Positions 10,503 through 20,768 of a stretch of DNA of 64,000 nucleotides are shown here, in pieces. The stretch is from NCBI GenBank assembly GCA_963662945.1, contig OY759974.1, positions 1,792,001 to 1,856,000 on the forward strand, read 5' to 3'. Position 1 is the first letter of the stretch, and every line of letters begins with the position of its first letter. A model generated the notes under the pieces. That model was not told the origin of the DNA. It searched no databases and saw only the letters and a program-made list of their open reading frames with translations. The position numbers and the translations under genes are program-made. Origin of the DNA: Arcobacteraceae bacterium (GTDB lineage: Bacteria; Campylobacterota; Campylobacteria; Campylobacterales; Arcobacteraceae).

Positions 10503-11804
10503 TTATTTGAATTTTATAATAATCATACCACAAAATTTATTGTCATTATCATAAAACTCAACTCTAAAACTTTTTTGTTCCTTGTCAACAGCAAATCTAT
10601 CGAGAATATCTTTTTTTGAAATAAGAATATTATTTTCATTATCAACATTATCTTTACTAAAACCAATAATATTGACCCTGAAGTTTGTAGAGGCATTAAT
10701 TTTAAAGGTCTTATTTACTTCGATAATATCACCAAATTTAGCAATTTTATTTTCATTGTCAACAACTAATTTTATATCATCTTTTAAATCACAATATTCA
10801 AAGTATTGGGGAATTAAAGTCCCAACTCTTTTGTTTCCTATCATAAAATTATAATTTCCTTTGTATTTTACAATAGCCCCTAGTGGATGTTCAAATTTAA
10901 AAATATTATCACTATTTTTAAGTGGAAAATAGTAGTTTGTAGATTTTATAGTTTCTAAATCAAGGGTAATACGGTCATTGATTTTGACTTTTTTATAGTT
11001 ATTTAAAATAGCTTCTAGTTGTTCAAGGTTATCTAAATCAAAATTTCTTTCATATTCAATTCCCATAATATTCATAAAACTCTCAATGGCTTTGAGTTGA
11101 TATTTTACTTTTTTAACTAAATCAGTAATATTTTTACTAGTTTCTACTGCAAATGCAGGTTTATGATGTGTGATGGCAAAATAGGTAAGGGAAAGTTGCA
11201 TCTGTTCATCTTTCTCTTTTGTTTTTGTATTTTTTATATTAAAAGAGTGATGATTTTCTACCAGTCCATTATTGAGGTCAACACTCACTTGTTTTGCAAT
11301 CTCATCAAGATTTGAAAATTTTATATCTTTATGAATTTTAGTTTGATCTATAATAAAAGCTTGTCCCCAAGCACTAGGATTAAAAATAGAACTTTCCCAT
11401 TTATGTCTATAAAATCCTCTTCCATCGTGCAGATTCAAAATTAAATCCACTTTTTTATCTAAGATAAGTTTTTTTATATTTTGTACAGTTTCATAATCTT
11501 CATCATTTTTTTCTACTTTATTGAATTTTCTATTCATATCTCCGTAGATTCCACGTTGATTTCTGACAATACTATCAAAATTGAGGTTTGGTACTATCCA
11601 AAGAGAGCCTTTTTTGATAGTATAATTTTGAATTAATACAGAAGGAGCAAAATACCCACCAGGCTCATCACCGTGAATTCCACCAATCACTAATAAAGTA
11701 TTTTCCCCTTGAGCCTCTTTTTTGTGTAAATCAAAGTTAAGAATTGCTCCCATTAAAATATTTGTGATTAAAGTCACTAGTAAAAATGGTTTAAAAAGAT
11801 TCAT
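10503..11804 (-). CDS. M99-family peptidoglycan DL-carboxypeptidase (Csd4/Pgp1-like)
   Basis: Signal peptide; GGIHGDEPGG, GDMNRKF, LNLHDG and WGQAFIIDQ motifs. Confidence 0.85.
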   Translation of the reverse strand: MNLFKPFLLVTLITNILMGAILNFDLHKKEAQGENTLLVIGGIHGDEPGGYFAPSVLIQNYTIKKGSLWIVPNLNFDSIVRNQRGIYGDMNRKFNKVEKNDEDYETVQNIKKLILDKKVDLILNLHDGRGFYRHKWESSIFNPSAWGQAFIIDQTKIHKDIKFSNLDEIAKQVSVDLNNGLVENHHSFNIKNTKTKEKDEQMQLSLTYFAITHHKPAFAVETSKNITDLVKKVKYQLKAIESFMNIMGIEYERNFDLDNLEQLEAILNNYKKVKINDRITLDLETIKSTNYYFPLKNSDNIFKFEHPLGAIVKYKGNYNFMIGNKRVGTLIPQYFEYCDLKDDIKLVVDNENKIAKFGDIIEVNKTFKINASTNFRVNIIGFSKDNVDNENNILISKKDILDRFAVDKEQKSFRVEFYDNDNKFCGMIIIKFK

Positions 11805-11807
11805 ACT

Positions 11808-13298
11808 TTAATGTCCTCCCATAACTTTTTCTATCTCTTCAGGTTTATCATGGATTCCAAATCTATCTATAATTGTTGCGGTTGCTTCATTTTTTCCAAT
11901 GATTTCCACCTCAATACCAGCTTTTCGTAATTTATATACTGACTTATCAAGTGCAAAAACAGCTGAAACATCCCAAAAATGGGCACGACTTACATCAATA
12001 ACCACTTTTTTTATATTCTCTTTGAAATCAAAAGAGGCGATAAACTTATCACTACTATTGAAAAACACTTGACCTATAAATTTATAAAATTTTGTTTTTC
12101 CCTCATCTTCATAGTGTTCTTCGTGGTAAAAAAAGTGACTAATTTTATTGGCAAAAAAGAGTGAGGCTAATAATACTCCTGTAAGGACTCCCAGTGCTAA
12201 ATTGTGGGTAAATACTGTGACTAATGTGGTTGAAAGCATCACAATATTTGTAGAAAGAGGTAAGGTTTTAAGCCCAGTAATAGATGCCCAATTAAAGGTA
12301 CTAATAGAGACCATAATCATCACGGCAACTAAAGCAGCCATAGGGATGATAGCGACTAAATCACTTAAAAATACTACTAAAATAAGTAAAAATATCCCTG
12401 CTAAAAATGTAGAGAGTCTTCCTCTACCTCCTGATTTCACATTGATAACTGATTGTCCTATCATGGCACATCCAGCCATTCCCCCTAAACAACCAGAAGC
12501 GATATTGGCAATTCCTTGACCTCTTGCTTCTTTATTTTTATCACTTGTAGTATCAGTCATATCATCTAAAATAGTAGCAGTCATAAGTGACTCTAAAAGT
12601 CCCACAATTGCAAGTGAAAAAGAGTATGGAAAAATAATTTGTAAAGTTTCAAAATTTAAAGGGATGTTAGGGAGAAGAAAGATTGGTAAAGTATCAGGCA
12701 ATTCTCCCATATCTCCAACAGTTCGTATATCAATTCCAAAATAAGCCACAACGATTGTTAAAATAATGATAGTCACCAGTGGAGATGGTAAAAGTTTTCC
12801 TATTTTTGGTATATAAGGAAAAAGATAAATGATTCCTAATCCAATAGCAGTCAAAAGATACACATGCCAAGTAACATCAACAAGTTCAGGAAGTTGTGCC
12901 ATAAAAATAAGTATTGCTAGTGCGTTTACAAACCCAATCACCACCGCTCGTGCGACAAAACTCATCAATTTTGCAATACCAATATAGGCTAAAATAATTT
13001 GAAAAATTCCTGTTAAAATTGTAGCGGCTAGAAGGTATTGAAGTCCATGTTCTTTAACTAAAAGTACCATCACTAAAGCCATTGCTCCAGTTGCTGCACT
13101 AATCATAGCGGGTCTTCCACCGACAATTGAAATAACCACAGCGATACAAAAAGAGGCATAGAGACCAACTTTTGGGTCAACCCCAGCGATGATAGAAAAA
13201 GCTATCGCTTCAGGAATCAAGGCAATACCAACTACTAAAGCTGATAAAATATCTCCTCTTATATTTCCAAACCACTCTTTTTTAATATTTGTGTACAT
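11808..13298 (-). CDS. SulP/SLC26-family anion transporter with STAS domain
   Basis: [37 protein letters not shown]-terminal STAS (GQVFF...HFWDVSAV). Confidence 0.93.
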   Translation of the reverse strand: MYTNIKKEWFGNIRGDILSALVVGIALIPEAIAFSIIAGVDPKVGLYASFCIAVVISIVGGRPAMISAATGAMALVMVLLVKEHGLQYLLAATILTGIFQIILAYIGIAKLMSFVARAVVIGFVNALAILIFMAQLPELVDVTWHVYLLTAIGLGIIYLFPYIPKIGKLLPSPLVTIIILTIVVAYFGIDIRTVGDMGELPDTLPIFLLPNIPLNFETLQIIFPYSFSLAIVGLLESLMTATILDDMTDTTSDKNKEARGQGIANIASGCLGGMAGCAMIGQSVINVKSGGRGRLSTFLAGIFLLILVVFLSDLVAIIPMAALVAVMIMVSISTFNWASITGLKTLPLSTNIVMLSTTLVTVFTHNLALGVLTGVLLASLFFANKISHFFYHEEHYEDEGKTKFYKFIGQVFFNSSDKFIASFDFKENIKKVVIDVSRAHFWDVSAVFALDKSVYKLRKAGIEVEIIGKNEATATIIDRFGIHDKPEEIEKVMGGH

Positions 13299-13322
13299 TT
13301 AGTTCCTTAAAATATAATAGTG

Positions 13323-13412
13323 TAATTCTATAAATCACGTGTAATTTTTTTGTTAATCCTAAAAAAACTACTTATAGAATTATATTCATAATAATAAAAT
13401 ATCGCGATTGTA
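13323..13412 (-). promoter_or_regulatory. Putative sulP promoter (-10 TACAAT at 13407-13412) and structured 5' leader
   Basis: TTTAGATACAATCGC also precedes pyrH; 11-bp inverted repeat 13323-13333 / 13372-13382 encloses a second stem. Confidence 0.5.
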
Positions 13413-13440
13413 TCTAAATGTTAATTGGATGTTGGTTAAG

Positions 13441-13677
13441 CTATTTACTTTGAAGTATTTCTATGATTTCATCTACACTTAAAAGTTTTCCTGTACTTTT
13501 TACTGTTCCATCAACTACAAGAGCAGGGGTACTAACAACATTGTATTTCATAATCTCCATTATATCCTCCACTTTTTTTACATCATGAAATCCACCAATT
13601 TTTGTTAAAGCCTCTTTTGTATTAGCTTCTAGTGCTCTACATTTAGCACATCCAGTTCCTAAAATTTCTATTTTCAT
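13441..13677 (-). CDS. Small thioredoxin-like redox-active disulfide protein of ars clusters
   Basis: MKIEILGTGCAKC (CxxC) and STPALVVDG; follows arsP. Confidence 0.88.
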   Translation of the reverse strand: MKIEILGTGCAKCRALEANTKEALTKIGGFHDVKKVEDIMEIMKYNVVSTPALVVDGTVKSTGKLLSVDEIIEILQSK

Positions 13678-13690
13678 ACCTATCTCCTTT

Positions 13691-14653
13691 TTATAAAATT
13701 ATATTAAACATATACCCAACAAGAAGTATTCCTAAACCTACAATTGCAAAAAATATAGCGATAAGTTTAATATCTAATATTCTTTTTAATATCATAGCTT
13801 CTGGTAAACTTAAAGCTGTAACAGCCATCATAAATGCCAACGCACTTCCAAGTAACATCCCTTTGGCTGTTAATACTTCAACAAGTGGCATAACTCCTGC
13901 TGCGTTTGCATACATTGGTATCCCCATTAAAACAGCAACTGGCACAGCATACCAAGCATCGCCACCTGCATATTTTGCGATAAATTCTGCAGGAATATAT
14001 CCATGAATAAATGCACCAATTCCAACACCAATCATCACATAAAGATATATTTTTTTGAAAATATCGGCTGTATATTCCCAAGCTTCTTTTACTCTTTGTT
14101 GTAATGTAAGTTTAATTTGAACATCTTCAAGTTCTCCCTCAATTGGAGTAACAGGAATCAAAACATATTTTTCTATATTTTTGATTTTCCCTATAAAATA
14201 TCCACCAAATATAGCAACTACTAGTCCAAAACCTATATAGATAGCTGTAATTTTCCATCCAAACAGTCCAAATAACATTGCTATTGCAATTTCATTGTTT
14301 AAAGGAGATGAGATAAGAAAACTAAAAGTTATCCCTATAGGGATTCTTGCTTGCATAAATCCAAGAAATAATGGTATAGCACTACAGCTACAAAAAGGTG
14401 TAATGATACCAAAAAGTGCAGCAAGAATATTTCCACTAAATTCTGATTTTCCTTGTAGATACACACGAACTTTTTCCGTGTTAAAATAGGTTCGTAAAAA
14501 ACTTACTGCAAAAATAATAGTGATAAGTAAAATAAATATTTTTATAGTATCATAGATAAAAAAATGTGTAGCACTTCCTACAGCACTAGTAGATTCTAGT
14601 CCCCAAAAGTTATAAACTAATTTATCAACAATTTTTTCCCACCAATCAAACAT
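13691..14653 (-). CDS. arsP: ArsP-family permease (DUF318)
   Basis: TPFCSCSAIP and FMMAVTALSLPE signature motifs. Confidence 0.88.
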   Translation of the reverse strand: MFDWWEKIVDKLVYNFWGLESTSAVGSATHFFIYDTIKIFILLITIIFAVSFLRTYFNTEKVRVYLQGKSEFSGNILAALFGIITPFCSCSAIPLFLGFMQARIPIGITFSFLISSPLNNEIAIAMLFGLFGWKITAIYIGFGLVVAIFGGYFIGKIKNIEKYVLIPVTPIEGELEDVQIKLTLQQRVKEAWEYTADIFKKIYLYVMIGVGIGAFIHGYIPAEFIAKYAGGDAWYAVPVAVLMGIPMYANAAGVMPLVEVLTAKGMLLGSALAFMMAVTALSLPEAMILKRILDIKLIAIFFAIVGLGILLVGYMFNIIL

Positions 14654-15054
14654 TATAATCCTAAAGCTTTTTGAATTTTAGGAATTAAAATCATTTCAAT
14701 TTCATCGTACGTTTCTTCAAATGCCTCAAAACCTTTTCCATCTGGATCCTCAAATCCCACATGAATTTTAGGAATTGGTTTTGGAAACATTGGACAAGTT
14801 TCATTTGCATGGTCACATACAGTGATAACTAAATCAAAATCTTCATCGATAACTGTATCAAGTGTTTTACTGTGATATTCCTCTTTCCAAATTCCTTTTT
14901 CTTGTAGAAGTTTTTTTGCATTTGGATTCACTTTTCCACTAGCTTTCACTCCACTACTTTGGGCTTTTACTCCATTAAGTTTTGCATTTATAAGTGCTTC
15001 TGCTATGATACTTCTACAGCTATTTCCTGTACATAATACTAATACTTTTTTCAT
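14653..15054 (-). CDS. arsC: Thioredoxin-dependent arsenate reductase (LMW-PTP fold)
   Basis: LCTGNSCRS, VCDHANETCP, FEDPDG. Confidence 0.92.
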   Translation of the reverse strand: MKKVLVLCTGNSCRSIIAEALINAKLNGVKAQSSGVKASGKVNPNAKKLLQEKGIWKEEYHSKTLDTVIDEDFDLVITVCDHANETCPMFPKPIPKIHVGFEDPDGKGFEAFEETYDEIEMILIPKIQKALGL

Positions 15055-15066
15055 GTTTTTTCCTTT

Positions 15067-16320
15067 TTAAATTAATGTTAATAAAACTATAAATAACACA
15101 GGTGGTGTTACTATCATTCCAAATTTACTGTATTCTTTAAAACTGATTTTTACCCCTTTTTGTGATAATACATGCAACCATAATAGCGTAGCTAAGCTAC
15201 CAAATGGTGTCATTTTCGGTCCTAAATTACATCCAATAATATTTGCATATATCATTGCCTCATTTCCAATGTTTGCTAATGAAATATCCATAATCATAAT
15301 AGTTGGCATATTGTTCATAAAAGCACTTAAAAAAGCTGCGATAAAACCTGTACCAACAACTGCTATAAAATCACTTTGTGTAGCTAAATCTTTGAGTATT
15401 ACCTCTAGATAATCTGTTAGTCCAGCATTTTTAAGTCCATAAACAACTATATAAAGTCCAATACTGAACCACACAACTTGCCAAGGTGCTGTTTTAATAG
15501 TAAGCCATGCACGAGCAGATTTTGTGTAACTGGCAATTGCTAAAAATAAAAGTCCACCACCCAAAGCAAATAAACTTATTGGAAGATTATAAATATCTCC
15601 TATAAAATATCCAACTAAAAGTAGAGCTAAAAAGAACCAACTAAATTTAAAAAGTGCTTTATTTTTTAAAACATCATCTGGATTTTTAAGAAGCGTTATG
15701 TCTATCTCTTTTGGAATATCTTTTCGTAAAACTACCCATAGTACAATTATAGAGATAATTGTACTTACAACATAAGGGATAAACATATTTGATAGATATT
15801 CCACAAAACCTATATGAAAATAATTTGCTGTTACGATGTTTGTAAGATTTGAAAATACAAAAGGGAGTGATGCACTATCACTGATAAATCCACCTGCAAG
15901 TAAAAAAGCAATAATAGTTTTAAAATTGAGTTGTAGTATTCTCATTTTAGCTAAAAGTATTGGAGTGAGTATAAGTGCAGCTCCATCATTTGCAAAAAGT
16001 GCAGATACAAATGAACCTAAAAGTAGAGCATAGATAAACATCAAATGACCATTACCACGTGATAGTTTTGCCATTTTAATAGCACACCATTCAAAAAAAC
16101 CTATCTCATCTAAAACCATAGATAAAATAATAATTCCAATAAAAGCTAATGTAGCATCCCAAACTATATTTGTTACAGTTAATACATCATTAAAACTTAC
16201 AGCTCCAAATAGTAAAGCAGTTATTGCCCCTATAATTGCAGTTGTTCCTATTTGTAAATTTTTTGGTTGCCAAATAACAAACAAAAGGGTGAGTAAAAAT
16301 ATTACACTAGCAGTGAACAT
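15067..16320 (-). CDS. arsB: Arsenite efflux pump ArsB
   Basis: SALFANDGAALILTP, MNNMPT, GPKMTPFGSLATLLWLHVL. Confidence 0.93.
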   Translation of the reverse strand: MFTASVIFLLTLLFVIWQPKNLQIGTTAIIGAITALLFGAVSFNDVLTVTNIVWDATLAFIGIIILSMVLDEIGFFEWCAIKMAKLSRGNGHLMFIYALLLGSFVSALFANDGAALILTPILLAKMRILQLNFKTIIAFLLAGGFISDSASLPFVFSNLTNIVTANYFHIGFVEYLSNMFIPYVVSTIISIIVLWVVLRKDIPKEIDITLLKNPDDVLKNKALFKFSWFFLALLLVGYFIGDIYNLPISLFALGGGLLFLAIASYTKSARAWLTIKTAPWQVVWFSIGLYIVVYGLKNAGLTDYLEVILKDLATQSDFIAVVGTGFIAAFLSAFMNNMPTIMIMDISLANIGNEAMIYANIIGCNLGPKMTPFGSLATLLWLHVLSQKGVKISFKEYSKFGMIVTPPVLFIVLLTLI

Positions 16321-16334
16321 CTATTTTTCCCATT

Positions 16335-17240
16335 CTAACTGTAGTAGTAATTTTGGATATTGTTATAGTTAAGTTGCTTGTAAAAATTGAGATAATTAAA
16401 CTTATCACTTTTAACAGTTTGTTCTAAATCTAAAGTATCTACTCCATCATCATAGGCTTTTTTTAAATCTTTTCTTAATATTTGAAGATATTCTAAAGAT
16501 GGTTTGTACGAGTCTTTATGGTATTCATTTCCATGACCACCTAAAATATATTTTGCGTTGTATTTACCTAGATTTTCTAAAGCTTCAATCCATCCGTCAA
16601 TATTTGAATTTTTTGTATAATTTAACATTCTACCGTTAAACACGATATTCCCTACAAAAAAGAAACTATCATCTTTGCTATAAATAGCAATGTCACTTTT
16701 CTCTTCTGAAACTGCACTTAATTTGAGTATCTCTAAAGTTTTTTTGCTACCTACTATTTTATATCCATTTTCCACTAAAGTATCAGCTAAAATTACTTTC
16801 GTATTTTCTAAAACATCTGGAGATAAAATCATCTTCATTCTTTCAAACTTCTCTTTATTATCTTTTATATCATCATTGAGATTTTTATATCCTACAATTT
16901 TTGCTCCCTTTTCTTGGAAAAAAGAAGCACCTTGAGTTCTATCATCATGAAAATTTGATAAAATAACATGAGAGATATCTTTTTTTGGATAATCTTTTTT
17001 GATTATTTGATAAAATTCTTGTGCAAATTTATATGTTGGACCTGCATCTAAAACAACTATGCTATTGCCTATATCAACATAGCACATATTAGAAACAAAA
17101 CCATTATTTTCTTTTGTAGGTGGATTGAAATCACCAATAACACAGTGAATATCCTTTGTAATTGTTAAGGGCTTTAGGTTGTATATATTTGCTACTAACA
17201 ATAAACTCAATGATAACAATATTAAAATTATTTTTTTCAT
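16335..17240 (-). CDS. Secreted MBL-fold protein (SoxH-like), degenerate metal site; C-terminus probably frameshifted (alternative end at 16321)
   Basis: Signal peptide; NNGFVSN, LDAGPT, SNFHDDR (canonical HxHxDH), GGHG. Confidence 0.7.
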   Translation of the reverse strand: MKKIILILLSLSLLLVANIYNLKPLTITKDIHCVIGDFNPPTKENNGFVSNMCYVDIGNSIVVLDAGPTYKFAQEFYQIIKKDYPKKDISHVILSNFHDDRTQGASFFQEKGAKIVGYKNLNDDIKDNKEKFERMKMILSPDVLENTKVILADTLVENGYKIVGSKKTLEILKLSAVSEEKSDIAIYSKDDSFFFVGNIVFNGRMLNYTKNSNIDGWIEALENLGKYNAKYILGGHGNEYHKDSYKPSLEYLQILRKDLKKAYDDGVDTLDLEQTVKSDKFNYLNFYKQLNYNNIQNYYYS

Positions 17241-17285
17241 AATTTTTTCCTTTTGAATGTTTTGAATTATATCATATATATTTTA

Positions 17286-17309
17286 ATATATCAAGATATA
17301 TTGATATAT
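17286..17309. promoter_or_regulatory. Perfect 9-6-9 inverted repeat, probable ArsR-family operator
   Basis: ATATATCAA-gatata-TTGATATAT upstream of the MBL-arsB-arsC-arsP operon and the divergent DGC gene. Confidence 0.7.
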
Positions 17310-17365
17310 AATGTTTTGAAATTTTATATAAATAGTTATATAATGGTCACATTAAAGGAAGTTAG

Positions 17366-18751
17366 ATGACAAAAATAATTGATTTAAAAGAATTTGCATA
17401 TTTTTTAAGAGTTCATAGAAATGATATTATAACAAATTGGCTTGAAAGAAATGAAGTGAAAAATATTATTCATAAACATTCAATACCAATAGTTGAAAAA
17501 AATATGAATATTTTTTATGGATTTTGTGATTGTTTTATAAGTATTTATCAATGGAATTTTACAATATCAGAATGTCAGGCAAGGATGGATTTTTTACATC
17601 TTCTAAATAAATATAATGTTACGAATAATGAACTTTATACATTGATATTACGATTACAATCAGCAATAGAAAATGCAATTTATAAAGATGGAAATCTTTC
17701 TTATAATATTCAGATGGAATTGGAAACAGTTACCATAAGTATTGCAAATGAACTTACTGATACATATGCGCATTTAAAGGATGAAAATAGTTATAAGCAA
17801 AATGAGCAGAGTAATCTTTTAGCTGAATATAAAAAAGCAGTAGATATTAGTAATATTGTATCAAAAACAAATCCTAAAGGGATTATCACCTATGTAAACG
17901 ATAAGTTTTGTAAAATAAGTGGATATACACAAGAAGAACTTATTGGAAAAGCACATAATATTATACGGCATCCAAGTATGGATAGAGAAGTATTTAAAGA
18001 GTTATGGGATACTGTAAAATCTAAAAAATCTTGGCATGGAATAGTGACTAATATGGCAAAAGATGGAAGTTCTTATGTTGTTGACTCTACTGTGATTCCT
18101 ATACTTGATGTTGATGGTGATATTATAGAATTTATTGCAGTTAGACATGATATAACAGAATTTGAAAAAACAAAAGAACAGTTACAAAATATTAATAAAG
18201 TTATGAGAAATAAAGTTGATGAACTTTATTCAGTTACATCCTCTTTGGAAGAAAAAGCAACAAAAGACGAGTTAACAAGTTTATATAATAGAGCTAAATT
18301 TGAAGAGATTTTTTCATATGAGATTAACAAAGCAAAACATTATAATCACAATTTAAGTGTAATATTATTTGATATAGATCATTTTAAAAATATTAATGAT
18401 ACTTATGGACATCAAGCGGGAGATGTTACATTAAAAGAGCTTTCAAGTTTGATTGCGAAAAATATTAAAACAAGTGATGTATTTGCAAGATGGGGTGGTG
18501 AAGAGTTTATTATACTTTTACCTGATACTGATATTGAAGGCGCTTTACAATTTGCTCAGAAATTAAGAAAATTAATTAAAGCAAATAAATTTACTGAAAT
18601 AGAATTTATGACAGCAAGTTTTGGTGTTGCGCAGTTTGAGGAATATGAAGATAAGCTTACCTTATTTGAAAAAGTTGATAAAGCATTATATATAGCAAAA
18701 AATAATGGTAGAGATAGAGTAGAACAAAGTCTTTTTAATTGTGTGCACTAA
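17366..18751 (+). CDS. PAS-GGDEF diguanylate cyclase with N-terminal helical domain
   Basis: Aer-like PAS (ELIGKAHNIIRHPSM...LWDTV), DELTSLYNR, RWGGEEF. Confidence 0.9.
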   Translation: MTKIIDLKEFAYFLRVHRNDIITNWLERNEVKNIIHKHSIPIVEKNMNIFYGFCDCFISIYQWNFTISECQARMDFLHLLNKYNVTNNELYTLILRLQSAIENAIYKDGNLSYNIQMELETVTISIANELTDTYAHLKDENSYKQNEQSNLLAEYKKAVDISNIVSKTNPKGIITYVNDKFCKISGYTQEELIGKAHNIIRHPSMDREVFKELWDTVKSKKSWHGIVTNMAKDGSSYVVDSTVIPILDVDGDIIEFIAVRHDITEFEKTKEQLQNINKVMRNKVDELYSVTSSLEEKATKDELTSLYNRAKFEEIFSYEINKAKHYNHNLSVILFDIDHFKNINDTYGHQAGDVTLKELSSLIAKNIKTSDVFARWGGEEFIILLPDTDIEGALQFAQKLRKLIKANKFTEIEFMTASFGVAQFEEYEDKLTLFEKVDKALYIAKNNGRDRVEQSLFNCVH

Positions 18752-18847
18752 AAAAATAATAATAAAAGTATTTAATTTTCACTAAAGTTAAAGAGAGTAA
18801 TATTTTAGTATATAACTTTTTATTATAAAATGTTTTAAAGGATTATT

Positions 18848-20326
18848 ATGAAAAATAATCGAATAGTGTTAAAATATATTTTTGGATTATCATTTATATT
18901 AGCGATAATGTTTCTGTTTAGAGTATATTATGATATGAAACATTATGACAGTATGTTAGATATACAAAAAAATAATTTGACAAATGATATGCTAAGTGTA
19001 TTCAAAACTTCAGAAAAAAACCTTATTGCCAAATATCAGTTACTACATGCAGATTTTATTAATACTAATCAAATTGCAGAATATTTTAAAAATCATGAAA
19101 GAAAAAAATTGTATCAGTTGTTGAAAAAAGATTATGAAGATATAAAAGTAATAGATCCTAATTTTTTTGTAATGCATTTTATAGATAAAGATAATATTAC
19201 CGTTTTAAGAATGCATAAACCAGAATCTTATAATGATGATTTAACAACAAAAAGACCTATAGTTGCATACGCAAATAAAGTTATTAAAAAACAAACAGGT
19301 TTTGAAGTTGGTAAAAATGGTATGGTTTATAGAATAACAATGCCTTTTGTACATAATGGTGAACATATAGGAGTTTTGGAATTTGGTATTAAGCCAAAGT
19401 ATTTTGTTGATTCATTAAATGAAAAATACAAAGTTGAATCGATAATTTTAGTTAAAAAAGAGAAACTTGATGTTTTAACAGTAAAGAAAAATTATCAAGA
19501 ACTTGCTGAGTATGCAATAGTTTCTCAGAGTAAATTTTCAAAAAGATTTATAGAAAAACTAGATTTAACAAAAGCCACACAGGTAATTTTTTTAGAAGAT
19601 AAATATTTTTTAGTTGCAAATGAGTTAAATCTGAATGATTACCAAGGTAATGTAGTGTCAAAAGTTTTAATTATAAAAGATATTACCGAATTCATTTTAG
19701 ACAAAAATGAATCTTTACTTGTGATTAATAGTTTAAATTTGATAGTATTTTTGATAATCATTGTTGTTATCTACATATTGTTTAATAGGTTCAATGAAGA
19801 GATTCAAAAAAATATGAAAACTATAACTAGTTTAAATAAAAAATCTAAATATTTACATACAAAAGCCAATACGGATGAACTCACAAATATTTATAATAAA
19901 AGATATTTTGATACTTATTTAGAAAGTTTTATTCGATATGGTAATAAAGGTTCTATTATATTTTTTGATATTGATCACTTTAAAGAGATTAATGATACTT
20001 ATGGACATCAAATAGGGGATGTTATTCTTAAAAGTATTTCAAAATCAATCCGTAATCATATAAGACAAAATGATACTTTTGCAAGGTGGGGTGGGGAAGA
20101 ATTTGTAATAATCCTTAATAATCTTGATTTAGAGATGGCTGTAAAAAAAGCACAAGAATTTAGAAAATGTATCCAAGAGTATCAATTTGACCAAAACATC
20201 TCAATAACTATCTCTTTAGGGGTTACACAAGTTGACCCAAATGATACGAAAAGTACTCTTATCAAAAGAGTTGATTCTTTATTGTACAAAGCAAAACACA
20301 ATGGTAGAAATCGTGTTGAATCTTAA
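18848..20326 (+). CDS. Membrane diguanylate cyclase with periplasmic Cache-type domain
   Basis: Two TM helices flanking LRMHKPESYNDDL...GFEVGK; RQND I-site and RWGGEEF. Confidence 0.88.
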   Translation: MKNNRIVLKYIFGLSFILAIMFLFRVYYDMKHYDSMLDIQKNNLTNDMLSVFKTSEKNLIAKYQLLHADFINTNQIAEYFKNHERKKLYQLLKKDYEDIKVIDPNFFVMHFIDKDNITVLRMHKPESYNDDLTTKRPIVAYANKVIKKQTGFEVGKNGMVYRITMPFVHNGEHIGVLEFGIKPKYFVDSLNEKYKVESIILVKKEKLDVLTVKKNYQELAEYAIVSQSKFSKRFIEKLDLTKATQVIFLEDKYFLVANELNLNDYQGNVVSKVLIIKDITEFILDKNESLLVINSLNLIVFLIIIVVIYILFNRFNEEIQKNMKTITSLNKKSKYLHTKANTDELTNIYNKRYFDTYLESFIRYGNKGSIIFFDIDHFKEINDTYGHQIGDVILKSISKSIRNHIRQNDTFARWGGEEFVIILNNLDLEMAVKKAQEFRKCIQEYQFDQNISITISLGVTQVDPNDTKSTLIKRVDSLLYKAKHNGRNRVES

Positions 20327-20330
20327 TATT

Positions 20331-20690
20331 TTATTTTTTACTAAAGTTTAAAGAGATAGAGTTTACACAGTGTCTTGTTGATTTTTGTGTAAATTTTTCC
20401 CCTTTAAATACATGTCCCAAATGTCCACCACAAGTAGCACACACTATTTCAACTCTTCTTCCATCAGCATCTGGTAACTCTTTTACATTTGAAGCAATCA
20501 TATCATCAAAGCTAGGCCAACCTGTACCACTATCAAACTTTGCATCGGAAGAGAAAAGAGGTGTATTACATTGTTTACAGGTATAGATTCCTTTTTCATG
20601 ATTATCCCAATATGCTCCTGTAAAAGCTCTTTCTGTTCCTTTGTTGAGAATTACTCTTTGTTCTTCTTCATTTAATTGATTGTATGACAT
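20331..20690 (-). CDS. msrB: Methionine-R-sulfoxide reductase
   Basis: GTERAFTG, KFDSGTGWPSF, GHLGHVF, RHCVNS, two CxxC Zn motifs. Confidence 0.95.
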   Translation of the reverse strand: MSYNQLNEEEQRVILNKGTERAFTGAYWDNHEKGIYTCKQCNTPLFSSDAKFDSGTGWPSFDDMIASNVKELPDADGRRVEIVCATCGGHLGHVFKGEKFTQKSTRHCVNSISLNFSKK

Positions 20691-20768
20691 AATATTTCCT
20701 TTATAAAAAGTGATTATAAATTAATTGCACTTAATTAAAATTGACTCTATAAATTTAAATATAAATAC

